Source: Kondoa subrosea (lineage: Eukaryota). Taken from it: a stretch of DNA of 64,000 nucleotides. Shown one piece after another: positions 24,097 through 37,054 of the stretch. A program made the translations under genes and the position numbers. The stretch's first letter is position 1. Every line of letters starts with the position of its first letter. The stretch lies in the NCBI GenBank assembly GCA_039545335.1, contig BCIN01000004.1, positions 548,925 to 612,924 on the forward strand, given 5' to 3'. A model generated the notes under the pieces. The model was not told the DNA's origin. It did not search any database and saw nothing but the letters and a program-made list of their open reading frames with translations.

Positions 24097-26568
24097 TCAA
24101 CGTTTAGATAAATCTCGGAAAGCCTGCTCTATAGCATGCTTCACCTATACAATACATTAGCGATTCTTCATTTCATTGATCAGAGACCAGCTTACCTCCT
24201 TATAGCTCACTACCAGACAACTGTCACAAAACGGCATCATCAGCAAAATCAGGTCAAAATGGTTCCCAAACTCACTTCTGCCCATCTCGCGAGACTAGCA
24301 TGACCCTATCTTCAATACCGGCATCAAGTTTATTGAGACACGTCAAGACATGGGACAAATCGACTACTGGTCTGCCTTGTTCATCCACTTGATGGAAGAC
24401 ATAGTCGCGGAAGAGCTTGATCAGGTATCGATCGCCAGATTCGGACCATCTTGGATCGTGCTCGAATCTAAAGTGCGCCTTTTCACGCATGGGCAAATTC
24501 GAAAAGGGGGAAAGCTTACTCCGGTCGCTCATTAATGAACCCGAACTTGGAGAGAAGTCTGACCAAGCGACCATTCTCTACTTCTCGCATCATTTCGGAT
24601 TCCAGAATGTCGTTTTGACTAATCCGCTCGATCAGTAATAATTCAGATACCCAAGAATGGTAACTGTACAATAAGCCAGCATTGAACTCGTCCAAGATCC
24701 GACTGCCCATTATGGCGAACACTTCATCAATAGTCTTGTGAGGTCCAGGCTTGCCGAAACAAAAGAGAACAATCTTCTGAATATCTGCAGAATAGGTTCT
24801 GCTGATATGTTCTAAAGACCTTCCGAGATTATGTACTGCTGCTCCTGAGCTGCATGCTAAAGCGACCAAAATCTTGCCTAAATCGAACAAGTCTTCTTGC
24901 TAATCACCACAACACATAACTCAGCTTGAGGATATAGCTATATAATGTGCATTCGCACCTGCTGAGCTGGTAATGGTACATCATCAGTAGCCCGAATCAC
25001 ATCTATAATGGAACAGCAATTGATCCGGAGTCGATTTTTGCCCGTCACCAGAATCTTGGTCAATTCGAGCGTCCGAATAGCTAATCCTGCCATATGAACA
25101 GTTTTGATAGCGTTAGCTAATTGAGCGATATAACTCCACAGAACACGTTCATTGATTGTATGTGGGTTGAAGTGATGAGGATGCCGTGTAGGATTCCGTA
25201 GAGCTGCCCCGACAGCCTGCGGTGAAAGATGCTGATCAAAGAGAGTTGACGAAAGCGGATGATAATCATAAACAAAAACGATAGCTGCCAAGCGTTTAGC
25301 ATAAAATTTGCATTGAATCTTCACAGACTAACATGCATCTCCGAAACCTTTGGTGGTGAACGCTTCTCGAACAGAAACGATATTCGGATGCCGTATCCGT
25401 CGCCATTTCTCGACTACAGCCAGTGCAGCTTCGTGTACTAGTCTGAAACCTTCGAGCCTTCGAAGAATATATGGCTTTGCATCATGTTCCGAGAAAGCTT
25501 TGTACACCCAGTTTCGATAGCCAAAGATGCCTGAGGAATGCGGTTGGCCAGGTACTGTATCTTTGCTCTGTGTCGGACTATCTAGAGGTATTATACCATA
25601 ATAGCTGGTGTCACGATTCAGTGAGCGTAACCAGCGGTTTAGTGGGGAAGATTCACCCTCCAATCTCTAGTCCATCAGCGGGAGCCAATTGTTCCGCTCT
25701 TTTCTGAAGATCTTCTCGAAGAGTTGGCGATATGAAGAATCCATTCATAGCCAATTGCTGAGGATGATGTGAGGCTACATGAGGTAACGGAGGTTGATAA
25801 AGATGATAATAGATCTGTTTCGCATATAGAGTAAGCTCGCGGTCAGATCATATGTCCAGAATCCATACTGGCTGCCTTTGTGCCATATTGTTTGCTCCAA
25901 AGAGAGCTGACTGATGAGCATTATGCGATCCGTCTGCATACGGATTGAATAGATCTGGTGCAGCATCCAGATTGGCGTAAGGGTTATAGTTGCCGTTCTG
26001 TTGAGGCGAAGCAGGAGCCGGTGTGAAAGTCTGGCGAGGTTGGAAGAGAGGGGCTGCAGTCGAATCAGGCGTAAACGATCGAGATGGAAGTTTGCCTCGA
26101 GGTGAAGCAATATTTGATGCTGTTGTACGAGGGACGAAAGCCGGCGCATTGACAGCCGTCTTGACGCTGGCAGGCGGAAGAACGGAAGTCGAAGTACTGC
26201 ATTCGAGATGGTCAATTATGTCGATCTGAATGATCATGGTAGCTGACCTTGCTACTGGCTGTTACATTGTGATTCAGCTCGTATTATCAGGGCAGCGCGG
26301 CAGCCTGCTAGCGACTAACTTGATCTATCACACAAATGTCAACATAAGCCGAAATAGAAGGGACATGGCGCGAGAGCTTACACGCATTGTTTGAAGCGCC
26401 AATAGCCTCTACTATGAAGCCAGGACGCCTCTCAGAACCGCTTGAAATCGACTTCATGTTTCGCTCACCTTTCTTGTTTCCAGGCAGCCCTCTCGACTGC
26501 GGTGTTGGCGAATTGGGCCCGCTCACAGTCGTCCCATCCGGCCTCTTGATTGACAATGCCTTGGACAT
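24097..26568 (-). CDS. PAN3: PAN2-PAN3 deadenylase subunit Pan3 (PAM2 motif, pseudokinase, knob domain)
   Basis: [60 protein letters not shown], and [22 protein letters not shown]. Confidence 0.95.
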
Positions 26569-26862
26569 GCCAGACCTGCAATTGCCCTTTGTTTGAGCAG
26601 GGTCAACCCAAGTTTGCGAGATTTCCTTGATACTGACCTTCAAGTTCCTTGTCTGCGCAGTATACGAGCTCCTTGCATCTTGGTGCTCTGTCTGTAATGA
26701 TTATTTATTCATCTCTAGCTCTACTATATCATGAAATAATAACCAGCCTGGAGCTCCGAGTATCTCGCGTTCTACTGCCTTTCTGATCCGCCTTGATGAT
26801 AGCGATCTCTTTCGATGCTTTTTATTTTGTCAGACCAGAGAATTGTCTTTGTACTTCGCATT

Positions 26863-28458
26863 CTAATATCGCTCAATCTGTTGTATCGATTTTACTCCGT
26901 ATGCTCCCTGTAAGCGAGAAAGCCAACCTTTTCAGGTGCAAACAGAGGCATTTGACCCTCATTGAGTCGCCCTTGCATCTGTCTGGTCAGCAGTACGCCA
27001 TCTTGCTGATCACAACCATGCTGTCGATCTTGCCCTGCCAATACTGTAGTCTCTCTTCGGAACTGCTTTGTCGTTTGAGCCTCGAGCGTATGAAATAAGC
27101 GATGCTGCAAACAATCGTTTCACCGATTGTCATCTGAAGATAAGAAAAACAAGCGGTGTTACATTGAGAGAATCATACTACATTGCGAGAGAGCTCATAG
27201 AGGCGAAAAGGCTGCGCCATTTATGCCTGGCCCAGATGCCTCTTGATAACGACTGCCCTTGTGATATGCTTGGGGTTTTCATGATTCAGACTGAGCTCAC
27301 AGGGCGTGCCTCCCATCACAGCTCTGTAACAGACACCTGGGCAATAATACCGACCAGCTGAGTTCTCTTCAGTTGTATGATGGACGGGTATTAATCCAGC
27401 ATTGTCTGTTTTGTGATATCACCTATATGACTGAAACGAACACAATACTCACGTGCTTTGCTCAAGGAAGATGCATAATGCTTAATGAGATGCTTCTCCC
27501 GAACATTTGTGTAGGGGCAAGCCTCGCCACAGCCATTGAGAAGTCCAGGGCATCCATAGGAGTTGTCATCTAATTTTATAGCACGGACTTTCGCACAACA
27601 TTTGAACAACAGCTCGAGGAACTATTGGCGACTTACCAGAGGCCAGCTTCATTGTCAATTCCTGTTGAGCAGTAGCATTGGCAGCCGGAGCGCGAGTGCT
27701 TGGTTGAGCAATACCAGTACCTTGTCTGACGGACAGGATGACAGGACCAGTCTTGGTTCCGAGCCGTAGGTGCTCGTCTGCAAAGAATGATCAGTCTCGG
27801 TAAAATGCTCATAGTAGCGCATAGAATCACGATGTCTTTGACCGCAAGCCTTGGCCTGCTCCCAAGTCTGGTGTTTGGTTCGACAATCAGTCTGCTTGCA
27901 AGTCCATTCACAGAAGACAGGCTTCGATTCCGGGTGTGAGTATTCGCCATAAGCACAGATATGGTGCAGGAATTGGTGCTATTGCACCGTCAGGATCGAT
28001 ATTGGGATTGCCTTGACTCCGTACCTCAGTATTGCAGCCATATAATCCGTAGACTAAGATAATTGTTTAGGTTTGTCACCTATTAGAATGCAGACGTACA
28101 ATCCTCGATCACATGACTTCTTGGGTTCTTCAGGTTCGCACGCTCAAAAAGGCGATTCGACTCGTGGTATTCGCCATCCTTATAGGTGATCCGTTCAGCG
28201 CCTGCCTTAGGATGACTGTCAGTCGACAAAGATGAATGCAAGAAAGGGGAACTTACTTGATTTGTGTAGACTGGTCATGTTCGTCAAGCGTTGAGACCGA
28301 CCCATTACTAAGTAAACATCCTACTTACAATCGCAGGGTCTGTGTTCAGGATTATGCCAGCCGATACCCTATCATCATCATTCGCTTTCAGAATACGGCT
28401 TCCCAACGTTCAAGAGGGGACTTACTTCGAGCTTCTGTAAAGTGGTAGTTGTAGTCAT
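26863..28458 (-). CDS. Uncharacterised Cys/His-rich multi-exon protein with atypical zinc-finger-like motifs (3' end tentative)
   Basis: ATG 28458, then MTTTTTLQKLE|GIGWHNPEHRPCD|FYTNQ|AGAER... joined by strong gtaagt/gtacgt donors. Motifs WTCKQTDC...CGQRH, YGCPGLLNGCGEACP...HLIKHY and YYCPGVC...KRHL. Confidence 0.62.
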
Positions 28459-29008
28459 AATGTCTGAAAGACGAGCTGAAGTCGCGTATGGAGACAGATA
28501 GTAAGAAGATAGAGTCCTAGCTGATGCAGCTGTAAGCAACAGCTGATCAGTATAAAAGAGTCATCGGGACATGAAAGCATATTTACTGATGACAAAGTTA
28601 GGAAGATGGAAGAGATGATTTTGGAAAGAGGAAGAGAGAAGAGAAAAGATGTTGAGCGAGGTATAGTCAAGGCGGCGATGATGAAACGAAAGCTCGTCAA
28701 CCAAAAATAAACAAAGACAAAGGGTATTGGACACTCGTTTATCTGGTACCAGGATCATCCCAAACAGGTGGAGGGATATAGAGGAATGATGACTTAAATG
28801 GGAATATTAATAATGTATAACAAAAAGAGACAAGAGTAACTTCGCTCCAATTTTGGCTCTAATCAATTGTGAGCCGCGAGCGACCATATGCGACATATCG
28901 GCGATCGCACTAAGATGCATATCAGCGAAGAATTATCATGATGAATAGCAGTAGCTCACCTTCCTGCAATGTATCAACAGCTTCTATACAATTGAAGTTG
29001 AGGCAAAA

Positions 29009-30164
29009 CTACTTTTGCAATTCATGTTCCGGATCTCGATGTTTCGGTAAACTTGCAGGAGTGAACTGCTTGAGTGACGCTAAATTATCATGTCCGATCT
29101 TGAAGGATCTACACTCGGCATTTGCCCATCTACAGCTCCACGGAGCAAAAGTCAAATGTCGTATGAAAGACTGTCCTTGATATCACAATCACTTTTCCAG
29201 TATATAAGGAAAGGCAGACTTACACCATGCGAAACCACGACAATAGTCTTCTCCGGTCTATCTCTTAACCATTTCCTTATCCTCGTAGCTCGATTTCGTA
29301 ATGCTTGTTCATTGGAAGCGTAAATCCCTCTTTTTGAATTCCAATCGGGTCCTACTTCTGAAAAATCTAGATCTGGGTATTCCCTGCCGTAACGACATCA
29401 GAATAGATACACCGGAGGATACGGAAACTGGTGTACTCTTCTATTATTGACACGTCGCTGCCTGTGTCGCATGGCAGACTGCCACTTTCCTGCTCAACCG
29501 TGAGTTCATTGCAAGCGTCCGTATTAAGGAAGACTGACTTGTAAATCAGGTCTAGGGACAGATTGATCAGTTAGATAGAGAGGTAAAAATCTTGCACATA
29601 CAATAGGAGATACTGGGGTGCATCTTCACTCTGCAGCAGACTAGCAAATCCATAAGTAGTCGTCTGTATCGTCCTGTACCGTTCTTCAGCTGGTGCAGTC
29701 GACTACGAGATAAATCATACCTTCTCATTGGGCTAGAGACTATAAGATCAATAGGATGCTTGAGGTTCTGCGTGATGTGTTGAAGATTGATTTCGATGTC
29801 TTTAGCTTGTTTCACCCCGAGTTCAGTCAAAGGAGGATCTAATCGAGCTGTATCAGACTGTATTTCGATCGGTGTGTGATATGAGCGAACCCGGTATCGA
29901 GAAATCTAGCCATGGATTTAAAGGTCAGCATTGATCATTCAAGGGGAGGACACTGATGGAAACGGACCGTCTGCTACATCTTTCCAGCAGGTAGATCAGA
30001 TCAGTTGGATACGCCAGTAATCTTAGAGCTTACTGTGCTCTGCTTCAGCGTGTCGAACCTAAAAGACAGGAATATGAGCGTCATGCATTTTCGTTTGCGA
30101 TCAGATCACACACCAAATGGATTACTTTCCTCGGAGGATTGTTGGCTGCAGATCCTCGTGTCAT
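29009..30164 (-). CDS. Histidine phosphatase / phosphoglycerate-mutase-like protein
   Basis: VIHL|VRHAEAEH|NVAD|DFSIP|DPPLTELG, IVSSPMRR, LPCDTGS, IVVVSHG and WANAECRSF. Confidence 0.88.
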
Positions 30165-30300
30165 CTTGATCCCTCTTGTGAATCTCAGCTTGAATTTGGC
30201 AGGTGTGGTCGCAATGGAAAGAAAATGCATCTTGTTTGATTCCAAACGGTCAACAAGGAGCAGATACCACAAGCTTGGGATACCACTACAACGAAGCTGT

Positions 30301-31638
30301 ATGGCAACAATATATCGATACTATGCACAATTGCTAACAATTCCGAGCACAAACGATTCCCTTGCCTTGATCTTTGGCCAAACACAGCTTTGGAAATGCG
30401 TACTCTACCTACAGAGTCTACTCTACAATGACTTTCACTACTCTTTAATACGGAAAGATGGATCTGAAGCGCTGAGAACTTGGAGATTGGAACGAGCCAT
30501 ATTGCGGAATCACTCGCTGCAGGTGCACTGCTATGATTTCGGGATGGGATCAGGTCTGACAAGCAGGGCAGAATGAACGCAACATGTTATATGATCAAAC
30601 ATTGGCCAACGAGCCTGGCCGGTTGGCAGCGATAGCACAAGCAATAGCGACCAAACAACGGATAGGCAAGAACACATATGTCAGGCTTATTGATACGGCG
30701 TCTTGGATCTTGCTCATTAACATGGACAGACTTACGAACAATTAGAAAATTGCCTTCAGCGGCTCAGTCGGATACACGCTTTTCGGCAAGAGATTTTACA
30801 ACGAGCGGAAATGATTCATGAACAAGGCAATTCTTTGCACGAAGAAGATCTAAGGACAGTAAGTCTAGCGTTTCTGCTCCGAAATACAGCTGAATCTAGA
30901 TTTCTCTACAGCTCTGGCGAAATCTGAAACCAGAAACTGAATTATCTTCTTTGGTAACTAAACAATGGCAGGATGTAGGTTCAGCGGTATTACTCCGTAA
31001 AGAGCTCATTTGATTATAGATAGGCTTTCAAGGCACTTCACCATCGACTGACTTTCGCTCAACTGGATGTTTAGGGTCAGTCAGGAAAGCGCAATTGCTG
31101 ACATGCAGCTCACACGTCTTCCTGAACGACAGCCTGGACCAACTTCTGCATCTATCTCATTCATCGCCTAGTCGCGCCCAACGATTGATAGCGGAATCTG
31201 TTGAAGGGGGAGATCATTGGTATCCTCTAGCGATAGCCTCGATCGGTAGGCTCCCCACTAACATTAACACCTTCTTTGAATGACCTTGTTTTAGCAATGA
31301 CGGATTACCTGCTCTCTTTGCTCAGATCTTCAGATTTAACACTCTACCTTCTCTCTGCTTCTTCCTCAAACCTAAGAGAAATCTTTCATTCCCTACATTG
31401 CGCTTTATTATATACCTTTCACGAACATTGGATGCACCTGATCAATTCTTCGCCCGTGGGAGAAAAACCAACAGTCATGCTTTTCGAAAGAGTTTTCGGC
31501 AAATGGAAGAGAGAAACTACTCGATGGCTTATCAGAGGGAAAGTTAGAGGATGGTGGGACTCTAGAGGACTTTTGGAAGTGGATATCTATATTGGATCGA
31601 TCAGTATAGATGAGGAAGAAGGGAGAAAAGATAGGTAG
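30301..31638 (+). CDS. ELMO/CED-12 domain protein (ELMOD-like)
   Basis: KQWQD|IGFQGTSPSTDFRSTGCLG|LDQL, WYPLAIASI and FHEHW...TVMLFERV. Confidence 0.85.
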
Positions 31639-32152
31639 GCACGTTTCTTTGTAGTATGTATAAGAAGATGGACTGATATAGGAGTTAGGATCTTGGTTGA
31701 TGTATGAACACGCTGTTATTTTCTAGTTGTTATCTAGATTTTGTGAAGTTGTACGCAGTCGTTCCGTTCCGTTCATTTGTATCGCTTAGTCAGGCACTTG
31801 CTCTGACTTCTTTTCGTATTGCGGTACATCTTTTGGCAGTTATATACTCGGACTTGATAAAACAGATGACCAACCTCGCTTTTTCGCTGACGAAGAAAAC
31901 CTCATTCGTAACCGAGCAGTGCTTATTGTCAATCTTGGCTGTTCTCCTTGCATCTTCTCCGATGATCCATTCCCTCGCTAGGTTTTCGAGACATCGCTTT
32001 TGGCAAATGCGGTGCTTTTTCTTTGCAATTTTCATCTAGATGCTATGCAATTCTCGGGTTGGTCTTGGTCAGATATGTTCTTCGGGCGAGGTCTGAAATC
32101 AGTAAACCTCTTGACTGGCTCTCCTCTGCTTCTTTGCTTCTCACAAAACACA

Positions 32153-34154
32153 ATGTCCGATTACACGATGGATGAAGATGACAAGCTTTTAGCTGAGATC
32201 GGATACAAACAGGTGCGTTTGCGAACAACCCCGCGTTTGACTTTATCTGACTAGACTGAAAATGATACTAGGAGTTCTCTCGCGAATTCGACCAATTCTC
32301 TACTCTTTCTTACGCCATTTCAGTTCTTGGTGTATTAGGTAGCGTGCCAGCAACTTATGGCGTCCCTTTAGCTCTTGGTGGACCTTCCACAACAGTCTAT
32401 GCGTGGCTCATCGGCTCCGTTATGTCTATGACAAGTGAGTAATCCGTCTCAGTCAGTATAAACTTGCTGAACAAAGTGCGAATAGTCGCTTCATCTGTTG
32501 CTGAACTCTGCTCCGCTTATCCTTCAAGCGGCGGCATGTATCTCGTTACTCAGAAAGTGGTACCGGCTAGAAAAGGTCCGCTGTTTAGCTGGATGGTCGG
32601 TGAGCCTCTATGTCTTTCTCGTTCTAAGATCGCTGATTGTACATTGATTCGAAGGCTGGGCCAATCTGCTTGGACAGACTGCTGGCGTCTCTTCAGTTGC
32701 ATACAGCGTCAGCCAGCAGATTCTAGCTGCTGTCACCATGAATTCTACTATTCAAGCTGATGGCTCCTACTTTTACATACCGTCAGTCTGCTTTTACATT
32801 GACGTAGTGTTCCTCACGTACTTGCTATAGTCAAGCATGGCATACGGTATTATTGGCAATCCTTGTTCTCGCTATTGTTGGAGTCATTTGCTCTTTACCT
32901 ACACGACTGCTACACAAGGTTATTCGCTTGTTTGCTCCTATACAGCTTATCGCCACCCTTTCCATCTGTCTTGTCTTACTTCTCTGTGCGCCCCGCTTAC
33001 AAAAGCCTTCTTGGGTATTTGGCAATATTATGGATTCTTCAGGATGGAACAACAAAGGCTTGAGCTTTTTACTTGGCTTCTCCTCCGTCGCCTGGGTTCT
33101 GACTGACTACGATGGTACTTCTCACATGAGTGAAGAAACCCGATCAGCTTCAAGAACAGGTCCAATCTCAATCATTTCCTCTATCGCGATAGCTGGAGTT
33201 ACTGGTCTATTGCTCAATACTACGATGTCTTTCTGTATTCAAGACTTGGATTCGACTCTCACTTCTCCTTTGGGTCTAGCTTCAGCGCAAATCTTTTTGG
33301 AAGCAGTTGGCTTGAGAATCGCGACTGCACTATGGGTCTTTGTTAGTAAGTGTCTAGTCGATGTCTCCAATGTGGGTCTGACTTGGAGATAGTCATGACA
33401 CAATTTTTTACTTGTTGTGCTGCTATGCTGGCCGATTCAAGAATGGTCTTCTCGTTCGCTCGAGATCGTGCACTACCATTTTCTTCGTAAAGTATTCCGC
33501 TGACCGGCAGAGCAAAGCTGATCAACGATTCAGAATATGGTCGCGAGTCAGCAAGCGCACGCAAACACCGGTGAATGCTGTTTGGCTAACAGTAGGATTT
33601 TGTGTGGTTCTTAATCTGATCGCTATTGGCGTGAGTTTTTTTCTTCCTCGGCGAACCATATAGCTCATAATCCTATGTAGAATGTGACGACCGTTGTGTC
33701 GATCTTCAACACTTGCGCTCCGTGCCTAGATTTATCCTACATCTCGGTGATCGCACTGCGCCGGTACTATTCTTCTGAAATTCCCTTTCAAGCTGGAGCT
33801 TTCTCTCTTGGCGTCTGGTCAAAGCCTCTCAACTATGTAGCTATCAGCTGGACTCTCTTCATTTCAGTTGTTCTCTTCCTCCCTCCTTCCCTGCCTATAA
33901 CACCAGCCAACTTCAATTATGCAAGTGTCGTTGCTTTAGCTATAGCCCTCTTTGCTGTATCTTACTGGTATGCGGGAGCTAGACGGTAAGACCTGCTCAG
34001 TTGCGCAGATAGTGAGCTGATCGACTTGTTCAGATACTTCAAAGGACCCTGTTCGTGTAGTCAAGCGGACACGTCAGTTTTGAAGGCGCTCTCTCCAACC
34101 GTTAAGAAGCCATCGATCACACATCTCCCAGAATTGTTGGACGAGAAGGCGTAA
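32153..34154 (+). CDS. APC-superfamily amino acid/GABA/choline-type permease
   Basis: LAEIGYKQ|EFSREF, SVAELCSAYPSSGGMY, YDGTSHMSEET, SRMVFSFARDRALPFS, TPVNAVW and NFNYA. Confidence 0.92.
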
Positions 34155-34275
34155 TCAAATGTGATTGAATTTATTACGGAGTATATACCTAATTAAATTA
34201 TGTAATTGCCAATGCTATGTGGAATTCAGATCTCCTGCTTTTACTCTTGAGCTGCGACCTCGGTGCTCTGCCGCA

Positions 34276-36561
34276 ATGATCGCCAGCGCCGCCGTGTCAA
34301 AAGAAGAAGCAACGGATCCTGTTATTCAGGAGGATGTACCTGATTCGCCAGCTCCGCCTGGAACGACTGAAAGCGAGGTCCTGATGCAGCAGCTCTACAC
34401 TCAAGCTCAACAGCCATACCAAGCTGTAGATTGGGCGAGGCAGCAAACTTCGGATGACAATGCTATCCACAATCGGGCTGGCTTACAATCTACTCAGTAC
34501 GCGCCTGCTGCGCCTTTATACAGTCATCATCCTCTAGCACAATCAATGCCAGCTGCTCAATACCCAGATCAATCTTCAAGTTTCAATGCTTCTCAATTTC
34601 CTGCACCTCCTTTGGCTCCGCCTGTACACAGTGGATACAACTTAGAAGGGACAGCCAAGCAATCTGATACGTCTACCGGAGATTGTATCGACAAAGGCCT
34701 GATAAGCTATGAAACTGCCGAGAAGTACACTCAAGCGTATCACAAGTTGACAAGCGACAAAACAGCAAGCGAATGGTTAGGTTTCCTCAACCAATGTGTG
34801 TCCAAGGCACACCATTCTTCTAGTAGGCAAGGCTAATGCTATAAAGCCATAGGGCGACTCGTTGGCTTCAGAAAATACTCAGCTTACCTTGTAGCTGTAG
34901 TATGTGCCGTTGGAGCGGAGCAAGAATGTAACGCAAGAGACAGCGCCCTCTTACAACAGGAAGCACGTATGCTATGTCGAGATCGCCTTTGGCCCAAAGA
35001 CAGACCTCCGGGCACTGCATCTCTATCAGGCAATCTGGGCGACTGTTGGGCAGGTCTCATACATTCTGCTTTCTTCAATGCGCAACTTATAGGGCCATTG
35101 GTATCGTGAGGATATTGACTTGTATTGATCCGACTTCAAAACTGATGATGCATGCTCAGGCTGTCTAGAGATATTGGCTGTCATACTGCTTATGCTCGAC
35201 TACTGAAGCAAGACAAATCCTACAGTAGCGCGCCTTGGCTGGTCGAATGCATTCGCTTCCATCTTGCTCTGTTCAATTACGTAAGCCAATGATATTATGC
35301 TTGGTAAATCCACTCAATTCAGCCCGGCTTGTCTGTTATAGGATGCAAATATCAATCTCTACAATGGCAGTCCTCCACTTGTAAATATACGTCTTCATCC
35401 GCAGTATCCTTTGCCTGATATAGCATGGTAGAATCCAGTCAAAGGCATTGTCGATCAAGCGAAATACCTCCTCGCAAATCCTTATACGCGGCTAGAACAA
35501 GATCGTCCGATAAGCAAGTAAGGCCATGCACTCGGATTGCTCAAGGGAATAAGTCTGATTTGATTATGTTTCTAGTCGAGTTCTACTCACAGCCGAAATG
35601 TGCAAAGCGCAATCTAAGCTTGACCCTTCATTCAGTCTAGGCGAACGAGATTTCGACGTTGTATGTTCCGGTAAGTAGATACAGCCTAGCTACCAAGTTA
35701 AAGCTAAATTACCTCGCAAAAGACGTCGAGACCGTTATCGAGAACATGACAAGAGTATGGGAAAGCTGTTTTCCGCACTGCGACTTCCGTCTGTCCAAAT
35801 TCTTCACGCGTCAAGTCTGCATGGCTGACTCTCTTCTTAGGATCAATCCTAGCGGAAGAAGAGCAATGTCCGCATGACAGACGACCAGAACCTCTTATTC
35901 TCCTACGCTTCAACTTGTACCGTATTATCACCTACTCGGCAGTTTCTGTTCCTCTAGTAGCAGCCAGATCAACAGCGATAGCTTCGCATCCGGAACGGCT
36001 GCGACTGACTCTGAAAGGCGCTGCAGCAGCTAAACAAAACCTGGATACACTTGTCGCTAGTTCTTTGCTTTTACCATCTAAGCTGTTCATGTTTCAGGCT
36101 TTCCGGCAGTGGTAAATTGTTCCCCGCCGCGCAGAGTGATTCGGCTGAATGCGCACTGTAGTTTATACAGACCAGCTCAGCATCTCCTGGCTGTAGCATT
36201 CGCTCTACCTCGTCACGTAGATCTAGGTGAGACTGGTGATGTGCTGTGTTATTCAACAATCTGATGGAATCATATGCTTGACCCAGACGCAATACATCGG
36301 ACTTTCGTAGAACTCCTTCCGCTCATGCAAAAGGCACTACCAGAATCACCGTATATCGATATAATCTCTCGCCTCCTGCACAAGTTAGAAGAACTGATTG
36401 ACATGGTCAATCGCTCAACTAGTCAGAGATATCCAAAGGAAGAAGTGACCTCGCATCCGCATCCCTTCGCTCCTCCAACGACAGAGGCTGTCTTACAACT
36501 GGATCCGAAATCTGAAGCGCTGTTAGATGATTTGGGTCATTTGCTTCCTGTACAATCATAG
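34276..36561 (+). CDS. Fungal transcription-factor-like protein (middle-homology-region-like; no Zn2Cys6 motif seen), spliced
   Basis: Q/P-rich N-terminus. DCIDKGLISYETAE resembles the start of the fungal TF regulatory region and is followed by helical exons. Stop at 36561. Confidence 0.55.
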
Positions 36562-37054
36562 GGTATAGATGTACGTAATGTGTAATTTCAATTTACAAGT
36601 AGAATGTAGTATTCAGAGGACAAAATTCATACTGCAAACTTATGAGTTTGAGGCGAAATGTACTGAGGGTAGAGACGAACAAAGCTATCACCTCAAAAGT
36701 TAGGCCATTAGATCCAATGTGTAGATCTCGATATGCACCATTTGCACGCCAATTTGCTTGGAAAAATCAAGTGCTCGACATAATTTCGAGCGGTTAATGC
36801 GCTATAAGATCGCTATTGTGTCTTGGCAGTTGTGAGAGGATAGCTTTGCCGTTCGTATCAATTTCTACCATCATTATGACGGAAGGATGCGCCATGATGC
36901 TGCCAATCTGCGGCAAATGATCAGATATGGTCTATGACATACAGAATGCGAGGACACTGACCTGGTGAGGTTGTGATACAGTAGAAATCTTTAAAAGCTG
37001 ATCCTCCTACATCGCCAAGGAAGTACATAGCGAAGGGAGTAGCCGCAATTTAGT

